DNA of 64,000 bases from Chiloscyllium plagiosum (lineage: Eukaryota). Positions 63,259 through 64,000 of the stretch are shown piece after piece; the stretch's first letter is position 1, and the number at the start of each line of letters is the position of its first letter. Location of the stretch: the NCBI RefSeq assembly GCF_004010195.1, contig NC_057718.1, positions 56,912,636 through 56,976,635 on the forward strand. The letters run 5' to 3'. The notes beneath the pieces were generated by a model. That model saw only the letters and a list, made by a program, of their open reading frames with translations. It was not told the DNA's origin and did not search any database. Both the position numbers and the translations under genes were made by a program.

Positions 63259-64000
63259 AGCAAAGTTACAGATAATGCATTTCAATTGCTAATTCACAAA
63301 GCTGGAATAACTTAACTAGGCACTTTTTTTTTTAAACAATATTTTACATTTATATTTAACAATTAAAAATGTTCAATATAGTAGTATTAAATACAAGCTT
63401 CTCCAGAACACATGCAGCCTAAACTAAAGATACAACATAGATTTGCAAGTAATTCTATACTTCAGTTATTTAAACATATCATAGCTCCTGGTTAACTGAC
63501 TGTTTCATTGTTGACATATATAAAACAGTTCATTCCCTTGTGCCTGTTCCAACCTGGAATCTCACCATTACCACATCAATGCCGTTCCCATCTTCCCAAG
63601 CCCCAACATCGCATTCTGCATTCTTTACAACCCCTACTCCAATTGATGTGCTCTATGGATTCCAAATGGTAGCCCATGTAACATACAAACAAGTGGAGTT
63701 CATGTTCAATAACTGAAGACTTAGACTTACGTTCATAGACTGTGTTATATGCAGAGATTATTACATTATGTACATAATTTAATGAAGAATGGATTAACTG
63801 ACTACCTCCTAACAGACCAACTGTTAGCTAATGAAGACCTCTTAAATGAGAGCATCACAAGCCATGATGTCATCTAAGCTGACTTGAAAGCATACAGCCT
63901 TTCTGGGATCACCGTGTAAACATCACATCTTTTTATTTTGGACTACAGACTGAAAATGGGAAAAATGGACACTATTTTTAACTACAAAAAAGGACAAAAA

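Overview
Eukaryotic (vertebrate) genomic DNA, not prokaryotic. The repeat content (CR1/HER1-type LINEs, HE1-type V-SINEs, a DeuSINE, several Penelope-like element families) points to a shark, possibly a carpet/bamboo shark (inference). The whole window lies inside one minus-strand host gene, CCDC88A (Girdin). Four short GT-AG exons (45694-45763, 36266-36324, 29881-29964, 28389-28532) splice in frame into 119 aa spanning the end of the N-terminal Hook domain and start of the coiled coil; the flanking exons were not found and probably lie outside the window. The rest is intron packed with nested transposable elements: many 5'-truncated CR1 LINEs, Penelope-like elements (PLEs) with inverted pseudo-LTRs, hammerhead-ribozyme-like cores and 12-15 bp target-site duplications, two decayed Gypsy-type LTR elements (one with apparent Gmr1-like domain order), pogo/Tigger DNA transposons and MITEs, an RTE LINE and tRNA-derived SINEs. 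Almost all ORFs in the supplied track are TE fragments or antisense noise. I see no convincing novel multi-gene system. The most interesting signals are the small palindromic PLE-derived insertions with ribozyme cores and the nested insertion architecture. TE boundaries are approximate unless a TSD or TIR is cited; family names come from recalled motifs, not database searches.
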